Shown here: one piece after another, positions 21,463-31,758 of the stretch
Numbering within the stretch: position 1 is the stretch's first letter
Layout: every line of letters begins with the position of its first letter
Assembly: GCA_963849325.1 (NCBI GenBank)
Contig: CAWKHF010000013.1
Coordinates: forward strand, 17,325 to 81,324
Direction of reading: 5' to 3'
Length of the DNA: 64,000 bases
Origin: an uncultured Planctomycetota bacterium
Lineage (GTDB): Bacteria; Planctomycetota; Planctomycetia; Gemmatales; Gemmataceae
Notes under the pieces: model-generated
Told to the model about the DNA's origin: nothing
Database searches by the model: none
Seen by the model: the letters and a program-made list of their open reading frames with translations, nothing else
Position numbers and translations under genes: made by a program

Positions 21463-22152
21463 GCACGGCGACCCTGGATCGTGCCCTGATCGAACGGCTG
21501 GTGCGTGCGGCCCTGGTGGAGCAGACCGGCAACGGTCACGCCGCCAACGGCAAGGCCGCCCCCGCGAGGCGGACGGCGCCGAAGCTGGTCGTCAACGTCT
21601 CGGCCCGGCACTGCCACGTCACGCAGGAAGACCTCGAACGCCTCTTCGGCAAGGGCCACAAGCTGACGCCGTACAAGGCGCTCTACCAGGATGGCTTCTT
21701 CGCCGCCGAGGAGACGGTGACGATGATCGGGCCGCGGCACCGCATGATTACGGGCCTGCGCATCCTCGGTCCGTGCCGCGATCACAGCCAGGTCGAGCTG
21801 GCCTTCACCGACGCCATCACGCTCGGCCTGGACATTCCCGTCCGCAAGAGCGGCGATCACCGCGATTCGCCCGGCGCCTACCTGCTCGGCCCGGCCGGCA
21901 TGATCCAGCCTGGAGCGCGGCGTCATCCGCCACGAGCGCCACGTCCACATGGGGCCGGCGGACGCGGCCTACTACGGCGTCAAGGACGGCGATCGGCTCA
22001 ACCTGCGGGTCGAGAGCGATTGCGCGGCGGTGCTGGAGGGATTGCTGGTGCGGCTGGCGCCGGCGTCGAAGCTGGAAGTGCATCTGGACACGGACGAGGG
22101 CAACGCCTGTCACGTGAGCCGGGCGACTCATTTTGAATTGTTCAAACCGTAG
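21459..22152 (+). CDS. pduL: PduL-type phosphotransacylase with N-terminal encapsulation peptide; frameshift near 21910
   Basis: VNVSARHCH, RILGPCR..QVELAFTDA, RHVHM and EVHLDTDEGNAC; N-terminal DRALIERLVRAAL helix. Confidence 0.9.
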
Positions 22153-22192
22153 CCGCTTGCGGCTTAGCGTGTCTTCGCTAACCGCAAGCGGC
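22149..22192. repeat. GTAG-type REP hairpin; half copy at 26247-26266
   Basis: GTAGCCGCTTGCGGCTTAGCG...CGCTAACCGCAAGCGGC. The same 20-mer TAGCCGCTTGCGGCTTAGCG occurs at 26247. Confidence 0.75.
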
Positions 22193-22212
22193 CCTGAACC
22201 TGGAGACCCAAC

Positions 22213-22531
22213 ATGGCTAGTTCCCACATGGAAGCCCTTGGCATGATCGAGACCAAGGGACTGGTGCCGCTGGTCGAGGCCAGCGACGCCATGCTGAAGG
22301 CCGCCAACGTGACGTTGATCGGCTGGCAGAAGATCGGCAGCGGCATGGTGACGGCGCTGGTGGTCGGCGACGTGGCGGCGGTCAAGGCCGCCATCGACGC
22401 CGGCAGCCGCCGCGGCGGCGCGCGTCGGCGAGGTCGTCGGCGTGCAGGTCATTCCCCGTCCGCACGAAGACCTCGGCGCCGTCCTGCCGCTGGCCGGCAA
22501 GAAGGCGGCGGCCGCGCCCGCCGGTGTCTAA
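22213..22531 (+). CDS. BMC hexamer shell protein (PduA/EutM-like); frameshift near 22405
   Basis: [33 protein letters not shown], continuing VIPRPHEDL in the shifted frame. Confidence 0.92.
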
Positions 22532-22567
22532 CCTCAAACCGAACACTCTTTTTCCGAGGAAATTCCT

Positions 22568-22870
22568 ATGGCGATCTCCAACAACGCCGGCCGCAACGGC
22601 AACGGCGAAGCCCTGGGCCTGATCGAGACCAAGGGCCTGATTGCGACCATCGCGGCCACCGATGCCATGTGCAAGGCGGCCAACATCACCCTGGCCGGCC
22701 AGGTGCAGATCGGCAACGCTTTCGTGACGACGTTCGTTCGCGGCGACGTCGGCTCGGTGCGTGCGGCCGTCGATGCCGGCGCCCAGGCCGCCAGCGCCAA
22801 CGGCGAGCTGGTCAGCGCCCACGTCATCCCGCGTCCCGAGCGCGACGTGCTGGAGACGTTTTTGAAGTAA
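22568..22870 (+). CDS. BMC hexamer shell protein
   Basis: [38 protein letters not shown]. Confidence 0.95.
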   Translation: MAISNNAGRNGNGEALGLIETKGLIATIAATDAMCKAANITLAGQVQIGNAFVTTFVRGDVGSVRAAVDAGAQAASANGELVSAHVIPRPERDVLETFLK

Positions 22871-22879
22871 AGGCGTCCA

Positions 22880-22903
22880 GGCTCACGGGCCGGCCCGTGA
22901 GCC
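22880..22903. repeat. Perfect 24-bp palindrome downstream of the shell genes
   Basis: GGCTCACGGGCC|GGCCCGTGAGCC. Confidence 0.7.
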
Positions 22904-22937
22904 GTTCGCAATCCGTCGGCTTCTGAAACGAGGGAGC

Positions 22938-23183
22938 ATGGCCATGGCGCGTGGTGACGATTTGCCGCCGAGCGGACGACTCACGGGATGGATGGCTTCT
23001 TCGCCAACACCCACATCGTCCTGCTCATCCTTTTCGAGCTTCTGTTGCAGCTACATCGGCCTCATCCTGGGGATTGTGGGTCTGGTCACCTGCAAGGACC
23101 CCAAGGCCAAGCAGAACGCGACCATTACGACGATCCTGTCCGCGGTCTTCGCCGTCCTGGGCACCGTCGGAATATTACGCTGA
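22938..23183 (+). CDS. Small membrane protein, probably frameshifted
   Basis: GGAG SD; hydrophobic segments IVLLILF / IGLILGIVGLVTCKDPKAKQNA / ILSAVFAVLG across two frames. Confidence 0.5.
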   Translation: MAMARGDDLPPSGRLTGWMASSPTPTSSCSSFSSFCCSYIGLILGIVGLVTCKDPKAKQNATITTILSAVFAVLGTVGILR

Positions 23184-23215
23184 GGCGGTAAGAAAGCCCG
23201 AGGAGAGGCTCCGTC

Positions 23216-24406
23216 GTGAAAATCCTGGTCGCTAACCTGGGCAGCACCAGCTTCAAGTATCGGCTGTTCGACATGGCCGACGAGCGGGTGCTGGCGCGCG
23301 GCGGCGTCGAGCGCATCGGCTCGCCGCAGTCGCGCTGCTTCGTCGAGGCCGGCGGCCAGCGCGAGGAGGCCGACGGTCGAGGCGCGCGACCACGCCGCGG
23401 CGGTGCGGCTCTGCCTGCAGCAGTTGGCCGATCCGAAACGGCGCTGTTTGCGAGATCCGTCGGAGCTGGCGGCCATCGGCTTCAAGGCGGTCCACGCCCA
23501 GGGAGTCAGCGGCGTGCAGCGCGTCGACGAGCGCGTGCTGGCGGCGATGGAGGCGTACGCCGACGTCGCCCCGGCCCACAATCCGCCCTACGTCCCGGCC
23601 ATGCGTCTGTTGGCGAAGGAGTTGCCGCAAATTCCGCTGGTGGCCGCGTTCGAGACGGGCTTTCACCAGACCATCCCGCCGGCCGAGCGCTCCTACGCCG
23701 TGCCGCTGGAGTGGGCCGAGAAGCACGGCATCCGCAAGCACGGCTTCCACGGCGCCAGCCATCGCTACATCGCCGGCCGCACAGCCCAGCTGCTTGAACA
23801 AGCCCGAGGCGAAGATCATCTCGTGTCACCTGGGCGGCAGCTCGTCGCTGTGCGCCATCCAGGACGGCCAATCGCGGGCCAGCAGCCTGGGCATGAGTCC
23901 GCAGAGCGGTCTGCCGCACAACAACCGCGTCGGCGACTTCGATCTGTTCGCCCTGCCCGCCCTGATGCGGGCCACCGGCAAGACGCTGGAGCAACTGCTC
24001 GACGATCTGGCCAATCGCTCCGGTCTGCTCGGGCTTAGTGGCGGCCGCAACGACCTGCGCGACATCGAGGCGGCGGCCGAGTCCGGCGATGCCGACGCCC
24101 GGCTGGCCCTCGACGTGTTCGTCGCCTCGGTGCGGCACTACCTGGGGGCGTATCTGCTGCTCCTGGACGGGGCCGACGCCATCGTCTTCACCGGCGGCAT
24201 CGGCGAGAACTCGTCGCGCATGCGTCAGGACGTGTCTGCGCCGACCTCGACTGGTTCGGCATTCGCCTGGATCGCCGGAAGAACGACAGCGGCCAAGGGC
24301 GAGATGGCGATTCATGCCGACGATAGCCGGGTGCAGATTGTGGATCATGCCGACCAACGAGGAGCTGGTCGTCGCCCGGCAGGCGAAGGCGCTGCTGGAG
24401 GGGTGA
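23216..24406 (+). CDS. ackA: Acetate/propionate kinase (PVM); several frameshifts
   Basis: [49 protein letters not shown] and [10 protein letters not shown]. Confidence 0.92.
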
Positions 24407-24409
24407 ATC

Positions 24410-24730
24410 ATGTTCCTGGCCCGAGTCACCGGCGTGGTGGTGGCGACGCAGAAGGTCGCCTCGATGACCGGCCACAAGCTGCTGACCGTCGAGCCGCTGC
24501 GCGTCGAGCCGCAGACCCGCGATCGCCTGGTCGGCACCGGCCGCAGCTTCGTCGTGGTCGATACGGTCGGCGCCGGCCAGGACGAAATGGTGCTGATCGT
24601 GCAGGGCTCCAGCGCCCGCCTGACGCCGGAGACCGAGAAACTGCCGGTGGACGCCACCATCATCGGCATCGTGGACACCGTCAACGTCGAGAACCGAACG
24701 ATCTTCTCGGCAAAAATTAACCACGGATAA
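24410..24730 (+). CDS. BMC pentamer (EutN/CcmL)
   Basis: [39 protein letters not shown]. Confidence 0.95.
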   Translation: MFLARVTGVVVATQKVASMTGHKLLTVEPLRVEPQTRDRLVGTGRSFVVVDTVGAGQDEMVLIVQGSSARLTPETEKLPVDATIIGIVDTVNVENRTIFSAKINHG

Positions 24731-24795
24731 CACGGATAACACGATAAAGAAATAAATATTCTTTTTTATCCGTGTTATCCGTGTTATCCGTGGTT
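24719..24795. repeat. Palindromic element with tandem CACGGATAA 9-mer arms and AT-rich loop
   Basis: AACCACGGATAACACGGATAACACG...ATCCGTGTTATCCGTGTTATCCGTGGTT. Confidence 0.92.
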
Positions 24796-24818
24796 CAATC
24801 TTCTTCGGGATGTAAACC

Positions 24819-26249
24819 ATGCAAGTGACCGACGATCTGATCCGCGGCGTGGTCCAGCAAGTGCTGTCGCAGATGCGCAACGGCCAACCGCCCGCCGCGC
24901 CCGGCCGCAACGGCCACGCGGCGCAGCGCGGCGTCTTCGCCGACGTCGAGACGCGCCGTCGCCGCCGCTCGCGCGGCCCAGAAGGAGTTCGAAGCGCGCG
25001 GCCTGGAAGACCGCCGCAAGGCCGTCGCCTGCATCCGCAAGATTTGCAGCGAGCAGGCCGAGACAGCTCGGCCGCGAGGAACTGGAAGAGACGAAGATCG
25101 GCCGGCTCGTCCACAAGATCGAGAAGCTGAAGGTCATCGCCGACCGCATCCCCGGCGTCGAGTTCCTGCGGACCGACGCCTTCAGCGGCGAGAACGGCGT
25201 GTCGCTGCAGGAATACGCCCCCTTCGGCGTCATCGGCGTCATCACGCCGGTGACGCACTCGCTGCCGACGCTGGCCTGCAACGCCATCAACATGCTGGCC
25301 GCCGGCAACGCCCTGGTCTGCAACCCGCACCCCGTCGGGCGCGCGCATCGCCTGCAAGGGCGTGCAGCTGTTCAACCAAGCGATCTACGAGGCCATCGGC
25401 ATCGACAACCTGCATCACCATCATCGAGCAAGCCGACGCTGGAGTCGGCCCAGGCGATCTTCGACCATCGCGACGTCCGCATGCTGTGCGTCACCGGCGG
25501 CCCCGCCGTCGGCCGCGCCGCCCTGCGCAGTCCGAAGCGCGCCATCGTCGCCGGGCCCGGCAATCCGCCGGTCGTCGTCGATGAGACGGCCGACCTCGAC
25601 AACGCCGCCCGCTCCATCGTCGCCGGCGGCGGCTACGACAACAACCTGCTGTGCATCGGCGAGAAGGAAGTCTTCGCCGTCGCCGCCATCTTCGACGAGT
25701 TGATGCGAGGCGATGACGCGCTACAAGGCCGTGCGCCTCGACGCCGGCCAGATCGAGGCGCTGACGAAGGCCGCCTTCGTCAAGGACGACAAGGGCCACG
25801 AGATGGTCAACAAGGACCTCATCGGCCAGGACGCCGCCGTGCTGGCCGAGCACGCCGGCGTCAAGGTGCCGGCCGACACGGAACTGCTGTTCGGCGAGAC
25901 GGACGAATCGCATCCGTTCGTCGATCACGAGCAGATGATGCCGTTCGTGCCGTTCGTGCGCGTGCCGGACGTGGACACGGCCATCGCGCTGGCCAAGAAG
26001 TACGAACACGGTTTCAAGCATACGAGCCTCATCCACTCGCGCAACGTGGAGACGATCACGCGCATGGGCCGCGAGATGGACACGACGCTGTTCGTGCAGA
26101 ATGGCCCGAGCATGGCCGGCCTGGGCAGCGGCGGCGAGGGCTATCTGAGCTTCAGCATCGCCACGCCGACCGGCGAGGGCGTGACGACGCCGCTGACGTT
26201 CACGCGGCAGCGGCGCTCGACGACGGTGCGGGCATTGCGGGTCCTCTAG
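24819..26249 (+). CDS. CoA-acylating aldehyde dehydrogenase (EutE/PduP-like) with N-terminal encapsulation peptide; several frameshifts
   Basis: [64 protein letters not shown] and TPTGEG. Confidence 0.92.
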
Positions 26250-26277
26250 CCGCTTGCGGCTTAGCGGGAGGTGTCGC

Positions 26278-26532
26278 ATGCAAATCGGTCGTGTCGTCGG
26301 TCATGCGGTTTCGACGGTGAAGCATCCCAGCTTGCAGGGCTGGAAACTGCTGCTCGTGCAACTGCTTGGCACCGACGGCAAACCCGACGGCGAGCCGATC
26401 CTGGCCATCGATCGTCTCGGCGCGGGTGCCGGCGATCGCGTGGTTGTATGCAACGACGGGGCTGAGGCGCGGGCGATGGTCGGGGCGAAGAACTCGCCGG
26501 TGCGCTGGTTCGTGATGGGCCTGGCGGATTGA
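26278..26532 (+). CDS. BMC pentamer (EutN/CcmL)
   Basis: [27 protein letters not shown]. Confidence 0.92.
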   Translation: MQIGRVVGHAVSTVKHPSLQGWKLLLVQLLGTDGKPDGEPILAIDRLGAGAGDRVVVCNDGAEARAMVGAKNSPVRWFVMGLAD

Positions 26533-26986
26533 TGAACGGCAACGGACAAGCTGGGTCTGGCTGGGGTTATGCCGTCGAGGGCCGGCCCTCGACGATGCTG
26601 CAAATCGCCTTGCACGCCGCGCATCGCAAGGAGCATCCGCCGCAGACGCTGCCGGAGTGCAACGGCGAGACGTGCGACTGGGTGCGGCGCGTGGCGGAGT
26701 GTCTGCGCAGTGGTCGCTGCCGCACGGCGTTGTTGTTCTGCCGCGATGCCTGCCTGGCGTGCTGCGTCGCCAACAAGGTGCCGGGCGTGCGGGCGGCCGC
26801 GGTAGGACGGTGGGACAAGCGGCGCGAGCGCTGGAGCAGCTAGGGGCGAACCTGCTCGTCGTGGAGATGGCGGATCGCACTTACTTCGAGTGCAAGGAAA
26901 TGCTGCGGCTCTGCGGCGATGGCGCCGCCTGCCCGCCCGGTGTGGCGTGCATCCTGGAGGAGCTGGACGGCCATGCGCATCGCTGA
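26529..26986 (+). CDS. PVM-locus RpiB-like hypothetical protein; frameshifted
   Basis: LACCVANKVPGVRAA...LGANLLVVE, resembling the RpiB/LacAB C-terminal motif. Confidence 0.7.
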
Positions 26987-27263
26987 GGTGATCGGCAACG
27001 TGACGCTGTCCCGCGTGCATCCGAGCCTGACCGGCGCGCGCTGGTCATCGGCGTGCCGTTCAGCCTGAAGGCGCTGCAGACTGGACGGGCTCGCCGATGG
27101 CGAGGACGTGGTGATCTACGACAACCTCGGCGCCGGCGTCGGCGCCCGCATCGGCTTCAGCGAGGGCGGCGAGGCGGCGGCGCCGTTCCACCCGGAGAAG
27201 AAGCCCGTCGATGCCTACTGTGCGTGCATTCTGGATACGGTGAGGATCAACGACGGAGAGTGA
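26973..27263 (+). CDS. BMC pentamer (EutN/CcmL); frameshifted
   Basis: MRIAEVIGNVTLSRVH...YDNLGAGVGARIGFSEGGEAAAPF..PVDAYCACILD. Confidence 0.88.
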
Positions 27264-27266
27264 ACC

Positions 27267-28129
27267 ATGAACGAATACAAGCTGAAAGAACAGATGTGCG
27301 AGATCGGCCGGCGGCTGTACGCCAAGGGCTTCGCGGCCGCCAACGACGGCAACATCACCGTCCGCCTCAACGAGCGCGAAGTCCTGTGCACGCCGACGAT
27401 GGTGTCCAAGGGCTTCTTGAAGCCGGAAGACATCTGCAAAGTGGACATACGAGGGCAAGCAGCTGGCCGGCACCACGCAAGCGCACCAGCGAGGTGCTGC
27501 TTGCACCTGGCCATCTACAAGCAGCGGCCCGACGTGATGGCGGCCGTCCACTGCCATCCGCCGCACGCCACCGCCTTCGCCGTCGCCCACGAGCCGATCC
27601 CCAAGTGCATCCTGCCCGAGGTCGAGGTCTTCCTCGGCGAGGTGCCCATCGCCGTCTACGAGACGCCCGGCGGCCAGAAGTTCGCCGACACCGTCGTGCC
27701 CTACGTCAAGGACTGCAACACCATCATCCTGGCCAACCACGGCACCGTGACGTTCGGGCCGGACCTGGAGAAGGCGTACTGGAACACGGAGATCATCGAC
27801 GCCTATTGCCGAATCCTGATCCTCGCCAAGCAGCTGGGCCGTATCAATTACTTCGACGAGCAGAAGACGCGCGAGCTGCTGGAGCTGAAAAAGCGGCTGG
27901 GCTACGACGACGTCCGCTTTCACGACGACAGACTGCCCCATCTGCGGCGACAGCAGCTTTGACGAGTCCTACACTGATTTCGTGCCCCGGCCGCATGCCT
28001 TCCGGCGCGACGCCTGTTCGTTGCAGGCATCGCCGCAACGGCCAGGCCGGCGGCGGCGTGGACATGGACGAATTGGTGCGGACGATCACCGATCAGGTCA
28101 TGGCCGCCCTTAACGGGGTGGCCGTTTGA
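27267..28129 (+). CDS. Class II aldolase (fuculose/rhamnulose-phosphate aldolase, PVM signature enzyme) with C-terminal encapsulation peptide; frameshifts
   Basis: ANDGNIT, HLAIYKQRPDV.AAVHCHPPHATAF and ILANHG; C-terminal DMDELVRTITDQVMAAL. Confidence 0.92.
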
Positions 28130-28174
28130 CAGGTCGGCGGTCGCCGCGGCGACGCGATTGCGGCGAGGCGAGCG

Positions 28175-28520
28175 ATGTTCAATTTTCGTCGAGACAAGGC
28201 CGGCTTCTTCATCACGCTGATTCTGTTGACCATCGTGACGGGCACGGCCGATCAGCACGTTGGTCCTGCTGATCGTGGGCATCGCGCAAGGCGACTGGCA
28301 AGCGCACCTGACCTCGACCAAAGTGGTGCTCGGCTCGGCCTGGGTGGCGTGCATCATCACCGTGCTCATCCGGCTGAAGATTTTCAAATGGCAGCACGAT
28401 CGAGCGCTGCGGCAGCGTGGTCTCGACAAAGCCGAGGAGACGCCGGGCGGCGACATACCCGAAGAGAAACCGAGGGGCGACCTCGGCGAGCCGGAGGGAT
28501 TTCGAGGAGCACCAGGTTAG
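28175..28520 (+). CDS. Small membrane protein; frameshifted
   Basis: Hydrophobic segments FFITLILLTIV / VLLIVGIA / VVLGSAWVACIITVLI across two frames. Confidence 0.45.
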
Positions 28521-28537
28521 AAAGGCGGTGGATCATC

Positions 28538-28765
28538 ATGGCCGGTGGAAGCATTGAAGAGCGTCTCGCGGCTGTGGAAGCGGAGTTGCTTCGCTTGAAA
28601 CAGATGGTCGAACCGGAGAAGGCAGATTCGTGGGTGGAAGAATGGGCCGGGGCCTTTCTGAACGATCCATATTTTGAGAAGGCCATGAAGTACGGACGCC
28701 AGTACCGAGAATCGCTGCGACCGAAAAAAACGGCCAAACGAAAACGATCTCCTGGTGATTCTTGA
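28538..28765 (+). CDS. Small antitoxin-like protein
   Basis: SIEERLAAVEAELLRLK coiled coil, then WVEEWAGAFLNDPYFEKAMKYGRQYR. Confidence 0.55.
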   Translation: MAGGSIEERLAAVEAELLRLKQMVEPEKADSWVEEWAGAFLNDPYFEKAMKYGRQYRESLRPKKTAKRKRSPGDS

Positions 28766-28802
28766 TATGGATCTCCAGGGCCAACATTCAACGAGTGAAA
28801 CC

Positions 28803-29816
28803 ATGAAAGTCAGCATCATCGGCGGCGGCGGACTGGTCGGCAGCATGGCCGCCTACGCCTTGCAGTGCGGCGGCATCGTCAATCATCTTTGCCTCATCGA
28901 CGCCAACGCCGACGCGGCCAAGGGCCACGCCCTGGAGCTGCTGCACGGCGCCGCCTTGACCAGCGACCAGCGTCTCAGCGCCGGCACGATGGAAGACGTG
29001 GCGACGAGCAACATCGTCGTCATCACGGCCGGCCTGCGCCGCAAGCCCGACGAGAGCCGGCTCGACCTCATCAACCGCAACGTCGATCTGTTCCTGGCGC
29101 TGCTCGACCAGGTCAAGGCGGCCGGCCTGAAGGACAGACGCCTACCTCGTCGTCGTCAGCAACCCGGTGGACGTGCTGACGTACCTGGCGGTGCAGCGCA
29201 GCGGCCTGCCGTGGCAGCGCGTCCTCGGCCTGGGCACGCAGCTGGACACGGCCCGTTTCCGCGGCTATCTCGCCAAGCGCCTCGAAGTGCCGGCCACGCA
29301 GGTGCAGGCGATGATCCTCGGCGAGCACGGCGACAGCATGGTGCCGATCTGGTCCAGCGCCACCGTCGCCGGCCTGCCGCTGGAGCAATGGCCGGGCTTC
29401 ACGCCGGCTGTGCAGAGCGAGGTGTTCGAGGACACGAAGACGGCCGGAGCGCAGCTCATCAAGCTCAAGGGCGGCTCCGGCTTCGCGCGTCGGCTTGTCG
29501 ATCCGCGAAGTCGTCGAATCGCTGGCCCGCGACAGCCGGCGCGTGCTGCCGGTCAGCACGCTTGCAGCAGGGGTTGTACGGCATCCGCGACGTGTGCCTG
29601 TCGGTGCCGACCGTGGTCGGCTGCGGCGGCGTCCGCCAGCAGATCGAGTTGCCGCTGACGCCGAAGGAGCGGCTGGCGATGCAGCAATCGGCGCGCGTGC
29701 TGCGCGAGACGATCGATCAGGTCGAGGCGCGGATCGGCAAGGTGAGGGCCAACCACGCTGCAACGCCCGCCCCGCGCGGCAACGCTATCCCGCGCTCGGC
29801 GTGGCAAAGAACATAA
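28803..29816 (+). CDS. Lactate/malate dehydrogenase family protein (PVM); frameshifts
   Basis: KVSIIGGGGLVG, VITAGLRRKPDESRLDL, SNPVDVLT, LDTARF and ILGEHGDS. Confidence 0.92.
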   Translation: MKVSIIGGGGLVGSMAAYALQCGGIVNHLCLIDANADAAKGHALELLHGAALTSDQRLSAGTMEDVATSNIVVITAGLRRKPDESRLDLINRNVDLFLALLDQVKAAGLKDRRLPRRRQQPGGRADVPGGAAQRPAVAARPRPGHAAGHGPFPRLSRQAPRSAGHAGAGDDPRRARRQHGADLVQRHRRRPAAGAMAGLHAGCAERGVRGHEDGRSAAHQAQGRLRLRASACRSAKSSNRWPATAGACCRSARLQQGLYGIRDVCLSVPTVVGCGGVRQQIELPLTPKERLAMQQSARVLRETIDQVEARIGKVRANHAATPAPRGNAIPRSAWQRT

Positions 29817-29835
29817 ACCGTCTAGAAGAATTAAG

Positions 29836-29930
29836 TAACCACGGATAACACGGATGAACACGGATGAAGAACAAAACACAATGAATTCTATTTTTGTCTT
29901 ATCCGTGTTCATCCGTGTTATCCGTGGTTA
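29836..29930. repeat. Palindromic element with CACGGAT(G)AA tandem arms (same family as 24719)
   Basis: TAACCACGGATAACACGGATGAACACGGAT...ATCCGTGTTCATCCGTGTTATCCGTGGTTA. Confidence 0.92.
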
Positions 29931-29948
29931 TTTTTGAGGATCGCCATA

Positions 29949-31199
29949 ATGCAGAAATCGCTCGACCTCAAGCTGGCCCGCATCCACGCCGACCCGCACG
30001 GCTGCAAGGACTTCATCCTCGCCGACGCCAAGGACGCCGACATGGCCCTGGCCATCGGCGCCCCCGGCCGTTCGCCGGAGTCCCACAGCGGCGAGCTGCG
30101 CTATCGCACCCTGGCCGAGTTCCGCGACATCATCGCGCAGATCGTCGAAGCAAAGCTGGTGGACATCATGCTCATGTCCGCCAGCACCAGCGAAGTGCTG
30201 ACCATCCACAAGCGGCTCTTCGACAACAGCCCCGTCACGCCCGCCGCCCGCGCCAACGACACCACCGACATTCACATCATCCGCGGCAGCAAATATCCGA
30301 CATCGCCGTCGCTGCCCTTCCGCACCGCCACGCTCGATCATATCCAGTGCGGCCATCTCGACTGCAAGCCGGAGGAACGTCCGCTCGGCGCCAACCTCGG
30401 CCTGTACAGCATCACCTTCAACAACGATACGGTGCTCGACCGCGCCGCCCTGGAGGAGTACAAGCAGTTCCGCCTGGAGGCCGAGCGCAAGGGCTTCCGC
30501 CACTTCCTCGAAGTGTTCGATCCCAACCGGCCGGAGGCGGTCGAGGCCGAGCCAGCTGCCCGGCTTCATCAACGACGCCATCGTCCGCACGCTCGGCGGC
30601 GTCACCAGCCAGGGCCGGCCGCTGTTCCTCAAGATGGTCTACCACGGCCCGCAGGCGATGGAGGAGCTGGTCCACTACGACCCGCACCTGGTCGTCGGCA
30701 TCCTCGGCGGCTCGGCCGGCACCACCTACGATGCCTTCAAGCTGCTGAGCGAGGCGAAGAAGTACGGCGCTCGCGTTGCTCTGTTCGGCCGCAAGATCAA
30801 CAACGCGGAGAACCAGCTCGCTTTTATCCGCTTCCTGCGTCTCATCGCCGACGGCGAAATCAGCGCCGAGGAGGCCGTGCGGGCGTATCACGGCGTCTTG
30901 CAGCATCTCGGCATCAAGCCGCAGCGCTCGCTGGCCGACGACATGCAGTTGCAAACCAACGTCATGAGCTACGGCGGCAACGGCGTCGTCATCAGCGTGC
31001 CGTCCCGTCCCGCGCGACGAACCAGCCGAAGCAGCCGGCCGCTGCCTGCGCGTGCAAGAGCACCGCGCACGCCGCCTGCGCCTGTGCGGAGAAGAAGCCA
31101 GGCAAGGCGGAGACGAACGGCACGGTGGACTTCACGAAGATGACGGCGGCGCAAAAGGTCGCCTACCACAAGGCCCGCTGGGACCGCATCCTCGGTTGA
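29949..31199 (+). CDS. Uncharacterised class I aldolase-like TIM-barrel protein; frameshifts near 30550 and 31010
   Basis: HFLEVF, PLFLKMVY, VGILGGS and ALFGRKI follow the strand pattern of DeoC/FbaB/LacD-type aldolases (inferred). Confidence 0.55.
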   Translation: MQKSLDLKLARIHADPHGCKDFILADAKDADMALAIGAPGRSPESHSGELRYRTLAEFRDIIAQIVEAKLVDIMLMSASTSEVLTIHKRLFDNSPVTPAARANDTTDIHIIRGSKYPTSPSLPFRTATLDHIQCGHLDCKPEERPLGANLGLYSITFNNDTVLDRAALEEYKQFRLEAERKGFRHFLEVFDPNRPEAVEAEPAARLHQRRHRPHARRRHQPGPAAVPQDGLPRPAGDGGAGPLRPAPGRRHPRRLGRHHLRCLQAAERGEEVRRSRCSVRPQDQQRGEPARFYPLPASHRRRRNQRRGGRAGVSRRLAASRHQAAALAGRRHAVANQRHELRRQRRRHQRAVPSRATNQPKQPAAACACKSTAHAACACAEKKPGKAETNGTVDFTKMTAAQKVAYHKARWDRILG

Positions 31200-31227
31200 G
31201 GCGACGGCCAACACGGGACGGACGGCC

Positions 31228-31758
31228 ATGAATCTTATCGCTCAAGTCCAGACGCCACGTCTGCTCCTCCGTCGCATGGGCGCGGAAGACCTCGACAACC
31301 TGACGCGGATGCACCTCGATCCGCGGGTGATGGCCACGATGGGCGGCGTCCGCTCGCCGGCCGAGACGAAGGAATGGCTCGTCCGCCAGACGGACCACTG
31401 GGAGCGTTGCGGCTTCGGTTTGTGGATGGCCTGCGACCGCACTAGCGGCGAGTTCGTCGGGCGCGGCGGATTGCATCACGTCGAGATCGACGGCCGCGAC
31501 GAGATCGAGGTCGGCTACTGTTTCCTCGCGGACTTCTGGGGTCGCGGCCTGGCGACGGAGTTGGCCCGCGAAAGCGTGCGCGTGGCCTTCGAGGCGCTGG
31601 GTTTCTCCGATCTCGTCTGCTTCACCCTGCCGACCAATCTCGCCTCGCAGCGCGTCATGCAAAAGGCCGACTTCCGCTACGAGCGCGAAACGGTCTACAA
31701 GGATCTTCCTCACGTCTTGTACCGTCTCCGTTCCGGAGAGAGAGCCTTGCACAGCTAG
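31228..31758 (+). CDS. GNAT N-acetyltransferase (RimJ/RimL-like)
   Basis: TPRLLLR, EVGYCF..FWGRGLATE and NLASQRVMQKADF. Confidence 0.92.
   Translation: MNLIAQVQTPRLLLRRMGAEDLDNLTRMHLDPRVMATMGGVRSPAETKEWLVRQTDHWERCGFGLWMACDRTSGEFVGRGGLHHVEIDGRDEIEVGYCFLADFWGRGLATELARESVRVAFEALGFSDLVCFTLPTNLASQRVMQKADFRYERETVYKDLPHVLYRLRSGERALHS

Noticed and set aside
21459-31199. PVM operon as mass pseudogenisation or programmed frameshifting
   Set aside because: Catalytic motifs are intact, no premature in-frame stops are evident, and no consistent slippery motif was seen; sequencing indels are more parsimonious.
19238-31199. Sulfoquinovose-degrading microcompartment
   Set aside because: SqdB is biosynthetic, a separate promoter precedes the DeoR gene, and no sulfoglycolysis isomerase, kinase or sulfoquinovosidase is visible.
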